A DNA stretch of 32,000 bases from Ktedonobacterales bacterium (GCA_030167145.1 CP126532.1:870001-902000), one strand, 5' to 3'; positions 8,827 through 18,054 are shown, counted from the stretch's first letter. The notes: a model not told the origin generated them from the sequence alone. Numbers and translations: made by a program.

Positions 8827-8951
8827 CGAAGGCGCGGGTTCTTGTCTTGGGCGCTGGTCCATTGCGATGGGCTGAATCGTATCTAGGGTATAATGTGACC
8901 CGAGTGTTGGTTACGCGGCGCATAGCCCGTGAGCGTGTGGGAGGAAGCAGT

Positions 8952-9173
8952 ATGCTCGTACTCGGCGATCCCAGCACCCCGCTCCCGCTTGGGATTCTCA
9001 TCCCGCTCATCATCCTCATCCTCGATCTGGCGGTCGCGTTATACTTCATCCAAGATCTCTATAAGCCCGAGCGACGGGTATACGGCGATGACAAGACCAT
9101 GTGGCTGGTCATCATCCTCTTCGGCAGCATCCTGGGCTGGATGGCGTATCTCCTTATCGGGCGGCAAGCCTGA
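8952..9173 (+). CDS. PLDc_N (cardiolipin synthase N-terminal) domain small membrane protein
   Basis: 73 aa from ATG 8952 (RBS GGAGGAAG). Two TM helices and the C-terminal MWLVIILFGSILGWMAYLLIGR motif typical of PF13396-type proteins. Confidence 0.7.
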   Translation: MLVLGDPSTPLPLGILIPLIILILDLAVALYFIQDLYKPERRVYGDDKTMWLVIILFGSILGWMAYLLIGRQA

Positions 9174-9240
9174 CGTTGCGGATGCCGCTGCCGCCGTTTT
9201 CAGCTATAGCCTGACTCAGTAGTCATGAACATACAGTCCT

Positions 9241-9510
9241 CTATCTGGAATATCGCTGAGCGGCGCGAGCGCGCGCCTTCGCCGCCTCTTCGGTCCGATT
9301 CTTCGGCGCTGTGTTCGTCTCCAGCGAGCTGAGCAAGTGGCGCGAGGTGACGGCGATTGCATCAACGGCGGCAAGGAAGGCCGCTTCGTTGGCCTTTGAG
9401 GGCGTATTGAAGCCGCTAATCTTGCGCACAAATTGCAGTGAGGCGGCATGAATCTCGTCCTCAGTCACAGGTGGTTCAAAGTTGAAAAGCGGCTTGATGC
9501 TGCGGCACAT
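9241..9510 (-). CDS. DUF2277 domain-containing protein
   Basis: 89 aa from ATG 9510 (GGAGG RBS 8 nt upstream). MCRSIKPLFNFEPPVTEDEIHAASLQFVRKISG...KARARAAQRY matches the conserved DUF2277 pattern (MCRNI...FEPPAT...YVRK.SG). Confidence 0.8.
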   Translation of the reverse strand: MCRSIKPLFNFEPPVTEDEIHAASLQFVRKISGFNTPSKANEAAFLAAVDAIAVTSRHLLSSLETNTAPKNRTEEAAKARARAAQRYSR

Positions 9511-9681
9511 ACGCGCGACCTCCGTTGGACGGAACACTGCTGTCAGGACATTTCATAGGACGATAACCTCTGCGCGGCATCTCACTACGGGCCTTGTACA
9601 CTTTTCTTTGTGATGACCGCATTGTACGGAAATTTGTTGCTCATGGGCCACATCTAGAACGTTTGTGCTACACTTCAAGTG

Positions 9682-9703
9682 GTCCTGATGCAATAATCAG
9701 GAC
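9682..9703 (+). promoter_or_regulatory. Perfect 8-bp inverted repeat (GTCCTGAT-N6-ATCAGGAC) about 20 nt upstream of the VOC gene start
   Basis: Seen directly in the divergent DUF2277/VOC intergenic region. It could be an operator or a 5' UTR hairpin. There is no further support. Confidence 0.3.
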
Positions 9704-9722
9704 AAAGCGAAAGGAGCAGCAT

Positions 9723-10121
9723 ATGAAGCTCATCTGTGTGCGTCTGTTGACCGGCGATTTTCCGGCGGCGTTCGTGTTCTGGCGCGATGTGATGCGGTTA
9801 CCTGTGAAGTACGGACCCGACATTCCCGGCACTCCACCTGATTATGCGTATTTCGACTTCGGCGAAGTGGGCCTGGAGTTGCTGAAGCGCGACGATTTCG
9901 CCGCCACGCTGGGCGAAGCGGTCCCCGCGCCTGCGCCCACGGGATACGCGACATTGCTCAACCTGCGCGTGGATGACCTCGACGCGACGTATGCGGATCT
10001 CGTCGGGCGCGGCGCTACATCGGTCGCTGGGCCGCATGACCGCCCCGAATGGGGTGCGCGCACGGCGCATCTGGCCGACCCTGACGGCCACCTCATCGAA
10101 ATCTACAGCCCACTGGCATAG
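9723..10121 (+). CDS. VOC (glyoxalase/bleomycin-resistance/dioxygenase) family protein
   Basis: 132 aa from ATG 9723 (RBS AAAGGAG). The beta-alpha-beta-beta-beta pattern and C-terminal HLADPDGHLIEIY are typical of the VOC family. Confidence 0.75.
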   Translation: MKLICVRLLTGDFPAAFVFWRDVMRLPVKYGPDIPGTPPDYAYFDFGEVGLELLKRDDFAATLGEAVPAPAPTGYATLLNLRVDDLDATYADLVGRGATSVAGPHDRPEWGARTAHLADPDGHLIEIYSPLA

Positions 10122-10256
10122 AGAAGCCACGCTTATACCGCCAGCGCAGCCGCAGGCCGCCGGGTCACGTGCATACATCGCGTGCGTGGTTGCTTGCGGC
10201 TGAGCCTATATCAGTCACGAGCTAGCGTAGTCAATCGAATTGGGAGGTGACACGAC

Positions 10257-10781
10257 ATGGACCAGCAGACATCGGCCACGACGAGAGGAGAAGTGACGCT
10301 GCGCGATGTGGCAGCGGGCGATCTCGAAGTCTTCTTCCAGCAGCAACGCGACCCCGAAGCCACCTTCATGGCCGCCTTCACAGCGCGGGATCCAGAGGAC
10401 AGGGATGCCTTCATGGCGCACTGGAACAAGATCATGGGCGACGACAGCATCACCACCCAGACCATCCTCTACGGTGGGCAGGTGGCTGGCTCAGTCAGCA
10501 TCTATGAGAGCGAGCTTGGGCCAGAGATCACCTACTGGCTTGGCAAGGAGTATTGGGGCAAGGGCATCGCCACCGCCGCGCTGGCCCAGTTCCTCGTGCG
10601 CATCCAGACGCGCCCCATACATGGGCGCGCCGCCAAAGACAATATTGGCTCGGTGCGCGTGCTGCAAAAGTGCGGATTTACGATTGTGGGTGAGGATAGG
10701 GGATATGCCAATGCGCGCGGTGCGGAAATCGCAGAGTATGTGCTGATATTGCGCGCGACGGAACCAGACAAAGCGCAATAG
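10257..10781 (+). CDS. GNAT family N-acetyltransferase (RimJ/RimL-like)
   Basis: 174 aa with RBS GGGAGGTGA. The acetyl-CoA motif region is WGKGIATAALAQ, followed by NIGSVRVLQKCGF. Confidence 0.8.
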   Translation: MDQQTSATTRGEVTLRDVAAGDLEVFFQQQRDPEATFMAAFTARDPEDRDAFMAHWNKIMGDDSITTQTILYGGQVAGSVSIYESELGPEITYWLGKEYWGKGIATAALAQFLVRIQTRPIHGRAAKDNIGSVRVLQKCGFTIVGEDRGYANARGAEIAEYVLILRATEPDKAQ

Positions 10782-10885
10782 TCACACTACCCTGCCGCGC
10801 CTCCCATTTCCCGCACATCACTACGCGATGCCCAGCCATTGGCCAGTTCGGCGTATTATACTTAGTAGTATTGGATAAAATATGC

Positions 10886-10917
10886 GAGAAGACGGTTGCG
10901 TTGCTGCCGTCCTTCTC
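10886..10917 (+). promoter_or_regulatory. Leader hairpin upstream of korA
   Basis: GAGAAG-ACGG / CCGT-c-CTTCTC stem (10 bp with one bulge) and an 11-nt loop. It lies downstream of an AT-rich putative promoter patch (10850-10882). It is leader RNA only if korA starts at 10984. Confidence 0.3.
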
Positions 10918-10983
10918 AAATCCATTGGCGCGTCGAGTCGCCCGGTTCGCCCGGACATGGCGCGCGGAAAGGTCCACTCGCTG

Positions 10984-12816
10984 ATGAGTACCACGCTTAA
11001 ACGGGCTTTGCTGCCCACTGAGATCGAAGACAGTCCCGCAGGCATCAATAACTTCACCATCGTCGCCGCGACTGTCAACGGTTCCGGCAGCCAGACCGCC
11101 AATAACACGCTGATTCGCGCGCTCTTCAAGATGGGCATCCCCGTCGTCGGCAAGAACATCTTCCCCTCCAACATTCAGGGTTTGCCCACCTGGTTCAGCA
11201 TTCGCGTGAGCAAGGACGGCTTCGTCGCCCGCCGCGAGACCGCTGAGATCGTCGTCGCGTTGAACCGCAACACCGCCGCCGAAGATATCGCAGGCGTCGC
11301 GCCGGGCGGCGTGGTAATCTACCCCATCGAATGGAAGCTGCCCGAAGACCGCACCGACATCACCTACTACTCGCTGCCGGTGCAGCAGATGGCCAAGGAT
11401 TCCGGCGCCAACGCCGACATGCGCCCATACGTCGCCAATATGGCCTATGTTGGCGCGCTGGTCGAGTTGCTCGGCATTGATGTCGAAGAAATCAAGAACG
11501 CGCTCAGTGAGCACTTCAAGGGCAAACAAGGCCCGATCAACCTCAACTTTGGCGTAGTACAGGCCGCGATTGACTACGTGCGCCAGAACATCACCAAGCG
11601 CGATCCATTCCACGTGCAGCGGATGAATGCCAACGCCAATAAGCTGATGATCAATGGTAACTCCGCCGCCGCGCTCGGCTCCTGCTTCGGCGGCTTCTCC
11701 GTCGCAAGCTGGTATCCCATCACGCCATCCACCAGCCTGATTGACGCGCTGACCGACTACGCCAAGTCGCTGCGTGTGGACCCAGAAACGAAACGCGCCA
11801 CCTTCGCCATCGTGCAGGCCGAAGACGAGATTGCGGCAATTGGCATGGTGGTCGGCGCGGGGTGGGCAGGCGCACGCGCCATGACCTCCACCTCTGGCCC
11901 CGGCATCTCACTGATGACCGAATATCTGGGCTACGCCTACTTCGCCGAAGTGCCTGCCGTCGTCTGGGACATCCAGCGTATGGGGCCAAGCACTGGCCTG
12001 CCAACGCGCGTCTCGCAGGGTGATGTCATCATGGCGTATTACCTGGGTCACGGCGACACCCGCCAGATCTGTCTGCTGCCAGCGAACATGCGGGAATGCT
12101 TCGAGTTTGGCTGGCGCTCATTCGACCTTGCCGAGCGGCTGCAAACGCCGGTGCTCGTATTGAGCGACCTGGACCTGGGCATGAATCTGTGGATGACCGA
12201 CCCCTTTGAGTATCCCGACCAACCGATGGACCGTGGCAAGGTGCTCAGCGCCGAAGACCTCAAGCGCATCGGCAGCTTCAACCGCTACGAGGATGTGGAT
12301 GGCGACGGCATCGGCTACCGCACGATTCCCGGCGTTGAGCATCCCAACGCGGCATACTTCACGCGCGGCAGCGGCCACAATAAAGAGGCGCAGTACACCG
12401 AGCGCGCCGATGAGTGGGAAGACAACCTGCGGCGGCTGGCGCGCAAGCACGAATATGCCCGTACCCTCGTACCGCAGCCAGTGGTAGACGAGATGGACGG
12501 CGCCGAGATTGGCATCATCTCCTACGGCTCGAACGACCCCGGCATCGCCGAGGCGCGCGCCATGCTCGCCACACGCGGCGTGAAGACCAGCTACCTGCGG
12601 ATCCGCGCGCTGCCCACCAGTGTCGGGGTCAATGAATTCGTGGCCAAGTATCCACGCCTCTATATCGTAGAGAACAACTTCGATGGGCAGATGTGCCGCA
12701 TCCTGCAGAGCGAGATGCCCGAACACGCCGCCCAGATGATCGCCATTACCAAGTGCGATGGCTTGCCGCTAACCGGCCGCTGGATCGCGCGGTCCATTGT
12801 CGAACAGGAGCAATAA
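10984..12816 (+). CDS. korA: 2-oxoacid:ferredoxin (acceptor) oxidoreductase subunit alpha (fused gamma-alpha type)
   Basis: N-terminal gamma-like domain (NGSGSQTANNTLIRALFKMGIPV) followed by an alpha domain (GNSAAALG...YPITPST...VQAEDEIAA). The start is uncertain: ATG 10984 is preferred (GGAAAGG upstream), with alternatives at 10957 and 10882. Confidence 0.85.
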   Translation: MSTTLKRALLPTEIEDSPAGINNFTIVAATVNGSGSQTANNTLIRALFKMGIPVVGKNIFPSNIQGLPTWFSIRVSKDGFVARRETAEIVVALNRNTAAEDIAGVAPGGVVIYPIEWKLPEDRTDITYYSLPVQQMAKDSGANADMRPYVANMAYVGALVELLGIDVEEIKNALSEHFKGKQGPINLNFGVVQAAIDYVRQNITKRDPFHVQRMNANANKLMINGNSAAALGSCFGGFSVASWYPITPSTSLIDALTDYAKSLRVDPETKRATFAIVQAEDEIAAIGMVVGAGWAGARAMTSTSGPGISLMTEYLGYAYFAEVPAVVWDIQRMGPSTGLPTRVSQGDVIMAYYLGHGDTRQICLLPANMRECFEFGWRSFDLAERLQTPVLVLSDLDLGMNLWMTDPFEYPDQPMDRGKVLSAEDLKRIGSFNRYEDVDGDGIGYRTIPGVEHPNAAYFTRGSGHNKEAQYTERADEWEDNLRRLARKHEYARTLVPQPVVDEMDGAEIGIISYGSNDPGIAEARAMLATRGVKTSYLRIRALPTSVGVNEFVAKYPRLYIVENNFDGQMCRILQSEMPEHAAQMIAITKCDGLPLTGRWIARSIVEQEQ

Positions 12817-12819
12817 ACG

Positions 12820-13860
12820 ATGGCTATCCAGGAACCACCCGCCCAGGGCGTCAATCTGATCGGACTCACGCGCGGCGACTACAAGGGGCGCGCTTCCACA
12901 CTCTGCAAGGGTTGCGGCCACGACTCGATCTCGGCGCGCATCATCTCGGTCGCCTACGATCTCTCGCTGAAGCCGTCGCGGGTCATCAAGCTCAGCGGCA
13001 TTGGCTGCTCCAGCAAGACCCCCGCGTACTTCCTAAATCAATCCCACGGCTTCAACGGTCTGCACGGGCGCATGCCTTCGATGGCGACGGGCGCGACGCT
13101 GGCGAACCGCGATCTGCTGGCCATCGGCATCAGCGGTGACGGCGACACCGGCAGTATCGGCATGGGCCAGTTCAAGCACATGGTGCGCCGCAACGTGCCT
13201 GTTGTCTACATCGTCGAGGATAACGGCGTCTACGGCCTAACCAAGGGCCAGTTCTCAGCGACTGCGGACGAGGGCCAGAAGCTGAAGTACGCCGGCCTGA
13301 ATGAACTGCCGCCGATTGACCTCTGCATGGAGGCGATTATCGCGGAGTGCGGCTTCGTGGCGCGTTCGTTCGCGGGCGACCCGCGCCAGGTGGAGGCGCT
13401 GCTGAAGGCGGCGATGAGCCATCGCGGCACGGCGATCCTCGACATCGTCAGCCCGTGCGTCTCGTTCAACGACCACGAGGAATCTACCAAGAGCTACTCA
13501 TGGGGCAAGGCGCACGAAGAGGTCATCTCCGACTTCAACTTCATTCCCGCGCGCAGCGAGATCACGGTGGACTACGCCGAGGGCACGAGCACCGTAGTGG
13601 AGATGCACGACGGCTCGCATATCGTGCTAAAGAAGCTCGATAACAACTACGATCCGCGCGACAAGATGGGCGCGCTGCGCATGCTGGACGAGGCGCGCGA
13701 GAAGCAGGAGTTCATCACCGGGCTGATCTACCTTAACGAGGAGCGCCCGTCGCTGCCAGAGCTGGAGCGCCTGCCCGACACGCCGCTGGCCACGCTTCCG
13801 CAAGAGCAACTCCGCCCATCGCGTGAGACGCTGGACAAGCTGATGCGCGGGATGATGTAA
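12820..13860 (+). CDS. korB: 2-oxoacid:ferredoxin oxidoreductase subunit beta (TPP-binding)
   Basis: CKGCGH near the N-terminus and the GDGD...VEDNGVYGLTKGQ thiamine-diphosphate motif. It starts 3 nt after the korA stop. Confidence 0.9.
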   Translation: MAIQEPPAQGVNLIGLTRGDYKGRASTLCKGCGHDSISARIISVAYDLSLKPSRVIKLSGIGCSSKTPAYFLNQSHGFNGLHGRMPSMATGATLANRDLLAIGISGDGDTGSIGMGQFKHMVRRNVPVVYIVEDNGVYGLTKGQFSATADEGQKLKYAGLNELPPIDLCMEAIIAECGFVARSFAGDPRQVEALLKAAMSHRGTAILDIVSPCVSFNDHEESTKSYSWGKAHEEVISDFNFIPARSEITVDYAEGTSTVVEMHDGSHIVLKKLDNNYDPRDKMGALRMLDEAREKQEFITGLIYLNEERPSLPELERLPDTPLATLPQEQLRPSRETLDKLMRGMM

Positions 13861-13891
13861 GCTTCCTTCCGTCATCGTTAGCGCATATTCT

Positions 13892-13917
13892 GAGGGGCGG
13901 TTCGTCCGCCCCTCTTT
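13892..13917 (+). terminator. Terminator hairpin after korB
   Basis: 9-bp perfect GC-rich stem GAGGGGCGG/CCGCCCCTC with loop TTCGT, followed by only TTT. Confidence 0.6.
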
Positions 13918-13958
13918 CATCATGTTGGCGCCTGAGTTCTCGGGAATGAGGGGGTGAG

Positions 13959-14558
13959 ATGGAGTCGCGCGAAGGGTCGGAACTCAATAATCCAGAGAAT
14001 ATACAGGCATGGTGGCGGAAAGCTACCATTCGCTTTGTTCCAATTTTCTTGGCTTTTCTGTCTTGCGCAGCTATTGGCGCATCTATGAGTGACTTGGTTA
14101 GTGCCTTGGTTCGAGGGAATGAACACTCGTCGTACCCTCACGTTGACGTTGATATGAATACGTCATGCGCCAGGTATGAACGTTTGGCAAAAGTTCATTG
14201 CATCATCATTCTCACCAACCACTCCGAATCTAATCGCCCATTTCAATGGACCGGATCGAGTACACCCACCGGAGTGGTTTTCAACACCTCCTCCGGCTCA
14301 ATCGCCCCAGGTGCGTTTGTTATTATCACGGCTGATATTCCGACCAGTTTATGCCCCGCCTCGCTCCAATTCACAGACCATAAGGAAGCGACAACTGTTA
14401 CGTTGGATGGGCAATATGCCTGTCCTACACTCGCCTTACACGATGGATGGGGTGATGGGGCCGAGCTTGTGGTGGCTGGGGAGGAACTCGCCGGTGACGG
14501 GGCCAGGCTTGGAAGCGTAAGGGAAGATTCCGGTGTAGGTTTGGCTACACGAGCCTGA
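13959..14558 (+). CDS. Orphan membrane-anchored protein (N-terminal TM helix, Cys-containing extracytoplasmic domain), low-GC
   Basis: 199-aa ORF with a strong RBS (GAGGGGGTGAG) abutting ATG 13959. TM segment IRFVPIFLAFLSCAAIGASM. Codon usage is atypical for this window. The last 41 codons overlap the convergent lipoprotein gene in the exactly complementary frame. Confidence 0.45.
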   Translation: MESREGSELNNPENIQAWWRKATIRFVPIFLAFLSCAAIGASMSDLVSALVRGNEHSSYPHVDVDMNTSCARYERLAKVHCIIILTNHSESNRPFQWTGSSTPTGVVFNTSSGSIAPGAFVIITADIPTSLCPASLQFTDHKEATTVTLDGQYACPTLALHDGWGDGAELVVAGEELAGDGARLGSVREDSGVGLATRA

Positions 14559-14978
14559 GCCGTTGTGCAGATGGCCGTCACAGGTCTGGGGAAACGCCTG
14601 ATAGTGGCCGACAGGATCGAGGATGCCATAGTGCAGCGTGAAGCTGGTGTCGGCAGCGGCGGCATGCGTCACGGCGCAGCTGAGCGTGATGCGCACACTG
14701 TCGTCTTCGTCCCCTTCTTCGGTATGCGCCTGACAGGTGAGGGTAGGGGCCGTGGTCGTCGCGCCGTGGGTTGACGTGGCCGCGGGCGTGGGCGAGAGCG
14801 TGAGTCCACCGGCCACAGCGACGGTGGCGGTTGGGGCGTGCGGTGTACCGCTATTGGCGGTGGGCGCGGTGGCGCTGTTGGTCGTCGCGGAGTTCGCGGC
14901 GCAGGCAACGAGGCCAATCAGCAGGAGCAGGCATAGTACAAGGCATCCCTTATGCCAAATCGTGGCAATCACACGCAT
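14436..14978 (-). CDS. Putative lipoprotein (lipobox LVAC), Thr/Ala/Pro-rich linker plus Cys-containing domain
   Basis: 180 aa from ATG 14978 (RBS GGGAGA). The signal peptide is MRVIATIWHKGCLVLCLLLLIGLVAC. The track ORF extends to 15485, but the upstream part is Arg/Pro-rich junk. Confidence 0.65.
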   Translation of the reverse strand: MRVIATIWHKGCLVLCLLLLIGLVACAANSATTNSATAPTANSGTPHAPTATVAVAGGLTLSPTPAATSTHGATTTAPTLTCQAHTEEGDEDDSVRITLSCAVTHAAAADTSFTLHYGILDPVGHYQAFPQTCDGHLHNGSGSCSQTYTGIFPYASKPGPVTGEFLPSHHKLGPITPSIV

Positions 14979-15160
14979 GCGCTCGATCTCCCGCTCACAA
15001 GACTGGCGGCCAGCATAGCCGCTCAGCCATTGTAGCACATGCGTGTGCGCAGAACGGTGGTGAGAGAAGCGCTGGCATGGGAGTTGCGCGCGAGTGGTCA
15101 TGCGATAGGCATGCGATGGGCGTGTGACGGAGCGAGAGACCATAAGATGGAGGCGCACAC

Positions 15161-15889
15161 ATGCAAGCAGAGACACTCGCCGGGCGCATCCAGCAACGGC
15201 TGCGCGACGAGGGACATGGAACAATCGTGGTGGCTGAGCGGCGCGGCGTGCTGCTGCTGAGCGGGCGTGTGGATACGCCGCAGGCACGCGCCCATGTGGG
15301 CCGGATCGCCGCTGAGATGGCGGCTGGCTACCAGATTGACAATGGGGTGCTGGTCGAGCCAACAACCTCATCGCTGGCGCAAAGCGACGAGGGCCGCTGG
15401 CCCGATGATCCGGACGACGACGCCCTGGACGCGGGTGCAGAAGACGAGACACCCGCCAGTGTGTTGGAGCAACCGTTAGAGACAAGCGCCATCAACGTCG
15501 AGAACGACAGCATCGTAGATGACCAGCCATCCGTCGAGGACGATCCAGCGTACTTCGCGCCGGTTGATCCCCCGGTTGGCCCCGATGCGGAGGGCAACCT
15601 AGAGGTGCTCGGCGGTTGGGATGCCGACGCAGACGCAGACGAGGTGGTGGCGCGCTCGGCTGAAGACAATCTCCCTGGCGATGAGGCGCTGGCCGATGCC
15701 ATCCGCCGCGAGTTGCGCGAGGACAGCATGACAACGGCGCTGAATGTGGATGTTGAGGTCGCACAGGGCGTCGCGCACTTGCAGGGGCGCGTTGACGACC
15801 TGGAAGACGCGGAGGCCGCCGAGGATGTCGCCCTGCGCGTGCCGGGCGTGCTGGATGTGATTGACGATCTGGAGATCACCAGCATGTAG
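15161..15889 (+). CDS. BON domain-containing protein (two BON domains separated by a hyperacidic linker)
   Basis: GGAGG RBS 7 nt upstream. The N-terminal VLLLSGRVDTPQARAHVGRIA and C-terminal VAHLQGRVDDLEDAEAAEDVALRVPGVLDVIDDLEI fit the BON pattern. Confidence 0.75.
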   Translation: MQAETLAGRIQQRLRDEGHGTIVVAERRGVLLLSGRVDTPQARAHVGRIAAEMAAGYQIDNGVLVEPTTSSLAQSDEGRWPDDPDDDALDAGAEDETPASVLEQPLETSAINVENDSIVDDQPSVEDDPAYFAPVDPPVGPDAEGNLEVLGGWDADADADEVVARSAEDNLPGDEALADAIRRELREDSMTTALNVDVEVAQGVAHLQGRVDDLEDAEAAEDVALRVPGVLDVIDDLEITSM

Positions 15890-15895
15890 GCCAGG

Positions 15896-16900
15896 CTATT
15901 CCCGCGTTCGGCTGTGCCATGCCGCGAGTAGCTCGGATTCGCGCTCGCGGGTCAACCCGGCTTTGCGCTCGGTATCCGCCGGGCGAGTGGCGTCCCAGGC
16001 GAGCATGTCGCGCACAGTTTCGGCGAGCGGGCGGAAGGCGAGACCGGAGGCGAGCGCTTTCTGGCAATTGATGCGCCTGAAGCCGGCCATGTTCGTATCG
16101 CTGCTGGGTATCCAGAGCGGAAGTTCGATCCAGGGGCCGACCTTCTGCTCTTCCAGAAACGCATCGGCAACCCAGGTGAAGCTGGCGTCGCTGGCGCTTT
16201 CGGTCTTGCACGTAGCGAAGATCTCACGCATCGTCAGCGTTCCGGCGGGGCCAGTGGCGTGATACACGCCAGTCTGCCGCTGCTCGGCCATCGTCAGCAT
16301 CCATGCGGCGAGGTCGCGTGCGTCTATGATCTGCATTGAGCGGTCGGGCGGCTCCGGCACGAGGACTTCGCCGCCCTGCGCGATGCGGTGCGGCCAGTAG
16401 GTGAAGCGGTCGCTGGGGTCATGCGGACCGACGATCAGCCCCGGGCGCACCACCAACACACGACCGGGCATGGCGGCCTCGGCGGCGCGCTCGCAGAGCG
16501 CCTTGAGCGGGCCGTAGGTCTCTCCGGTCACTTCTTCAACGGACTCATCTGCAAGTGTGCCGACGGGTTCGTCTTCGGTGATGCCGATGCGGCTGAAGTT
16601 AGCATAGACGGAGACACTGGAGACAAAGGTGTAGTGTTCCACGGCACTGGCGAGCAGTTCGGCGGAAGCGCGAACAAGACGCGGGAAATAGCCGCTGGTG
16701 TCTATCGCCACATCCCAGCGCCGCCCCGCGAGCGCGTCCAGGCCGCCGTCGCGGTCGCCGCGCAGATGCTCGGCCTTTGGGAACAGATCTGGGTTGCGCT
16801 GGCCTCGATTGAAGAGCGTGACCTCATGGCCGCGAGCCAGCGCGTCCTCGACGAGATGGCGTCCCAGAAAGGCGGTGCCTCCCAGCATCAGCAAGCGCAT
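15896..16900 (-). CDS. NAD(P)-dependent epimerase/dehydratase-family SDR
   Basis: 334 aa. N-terminal Rossmann motif MLGGTAFLGRHLV and overall atypical-SDR layout. Confidence 0.8.
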   Translation of the reverse strand: MRLLMLGGTAFLGRHLVEDALARGHEVTLFNRGQRNPDLFPKAEHLRGDRDGGLDALAGRRWDVAIDTSGYFPRLVRASAELLASAVEHYTFVSSVSVYANFSRIGITEDEPVGTLADESVEEVTGETYGPLKALCERAAEAAMPGRVLVVRPGLIVGPHDPSDRFTYWPHRIAQGGEVLVPEPPDRSMQIIDARDLAAWMLTMAEQRQTGVYHATGPAGTLTMREIFATCKTESASDASFTWVADAFLEEQKVGPWIELPLWIPSSDTNMAGFRRINCQKALASGLAFRPLAETVRDMLAWDATRPADTERKAGLTRERESELLAAWHSRTRE

Positions 16901-16936
16901 ATAATCCTCATCTCTCTATGCATGCGCGGCGTGACC

Positions 16937-17545
16937 TCAGCGGAAGAGGCTCGCCAGCGGATAGGTGAAGCCAGGAAGCACATCACTGCCGTCCAGCGCG
17001 TCGCTCAAGTTCAGTGTTGCAGTGGGCTGTTCAGCGCCGGGCCGCCACACGTCCACCTGCTGATAGCGCGGCCAGACCATCCACACGAGGCGCACGCCAG
17101 CGGCGAGGTAGCGTTGCGCTTTGGCCGCCATCTCCGGGCGGAACTGGCTGGGCGAGACCACCTCGACCACCAGGTCGGGGGCGAGACGCCACGCCTTCGC
17201 GTATTCGGGCGAGGCGCGAGGCGGTACACGATCCGCACGCACGAAAGCGACATCGGGCACGAGTCCTGTTTCGCCCGCGTCGCCCGGCTGGGTGAGATCG
17301 TATGTGCCGTCCGCGCCAGTCACAACGCCGAGATCATGTGCTTCTACGAATCCGCCGATCACCATAACAAGCCGCGCCGCAATTACCGATGCCTCGCCGC
17401 CACTGCCGGGCATACGCACCAGCCTTCCCTCAACCAACTCATACTGCCAGCCCGCGTCCTCTGGCAGCGCCAGCATTTCGTTGACGGTCATCTGGCCGAC
17501 GCCGGGGACGATCTCAGCCCAGGGGGCGAAGGTTTCACGTGCCAT
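16937..17545 (-). CDS. Uma2 family (DUF820) endonuclease
   Basis: 202 aa from ATG 17545. YELVEGRLVRMPG, PDVAFV and PDLVVEVVSPS motifs mark the PD-(D/E)xK Uma2 family. The track ORF extends to 17803 through an Arg-rich, non-coding-looking segment. Confidence 0.8.
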   Translation of the reverse strand: MARETFAPWAEIVPGVGQMTVNEMLALPEDAGWQYELVEGRLVRMPGSGGEASVIAARLVMVIGGFVEAHDLGVVTGADGTYDLTQPGDAGETGLVPDVAFVRADRVPPRASPEYAKAWRLAPDLVVEVVSPSQFRPEMAAKAQRYLAAGVRLVWMVWPRYQQVDVWRPGAEQPTATLNLSDALDGSDVLPGFTYPLASLFR

Positions 17546-17814
17546 AGGTGCGCCTCGTTTCGCTTGCTTCACTATCCTTATCATACCACTTCCGCGCGCC
17601 ATCCCAACGCGCCCACCAGCCCTTCGAGCAGCCGCTCGATGGACCAGATGGCGAGCACGACGCCGACGATGAAAAGCACGATGGCAAGTGGGGCTGGGAT
17701 AGATGGACCTCCAGCGCAAGGTAGCGCCGCTAACCAATAGATGATACGATGCGATTACACGAAACCACCTGACTATCAAACCCGCAGGTGGTAGACGGGA
17801 CATCGTAGATTTGG

Positions 17815-18054
17815 ATGAGAAAGCATATGATGACCGAACGGCTCAAGACCTTCATGGAACTTGCGGAGCAACTGCCGCCCGATGAACAAGAGCGCCTGAT
17901 AGACGAAATCGAGGATTTGCTCGACAACGCGCAGTGGCATGCGCTGCTGGCGGACCCGCGCTCCGGTCCGGTCCTCGATGACCTGCTCGCCGAGGCGAAG
18001 CGTTCTCCCAAGCGACCCTGGCCAACACCTGCCGATATGGGGGATACCGAGTGA
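17815..18054 (+). CDS. Type II antitoxin (addiction-module component, TIGR02574-like)
   Basis: 79 aa, acidic, with LPPDEQERLIDEIEDLL. The stop overlaps the toxin start (GTGA). The start could also be ATG 17827 or 17830. Confidence 0.6.
   Translation: MRKHMMTERLKTFMELAEQLPPDEQERLIDEIEDLLDNAQWHALLADPRSGPVLDDLLAEAKRSPKRPWPTPADMGDTE

Noticed and set aside
16388-17740. 450-aa plus-strand ORF. Similar very long ORFs occur at 18626-19684 (+), 28442-29479 (-), 30517-31506 (-), 10678-11613 (-), 5069-5830 (+), 27922-28734 (-) and 4023-4697 (-).
   Set aside because: Each lies antisense to a gene with clear family motifs. Their translations are Arg/Ala/Gly/His-rich with no recognisable domains. Stop-poor antisense frames are expected in GC-rich DNA.
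17581-17754. Minus-strand 57-codon open frame encoding a clean TM helix (...IPAPLAIVLFIVGVVLAIWSIERLLEGLVGALGW...) in the Uma2/TA spacer.
   Set aside because: It has no ATG. The only canonical start is GTG 17679, which gives 32 aa, and the GGAGG lies 27 nt upstream, too far to serve as its RBS. It may be a real micro-protein, but I cannot support it from sequence alone.
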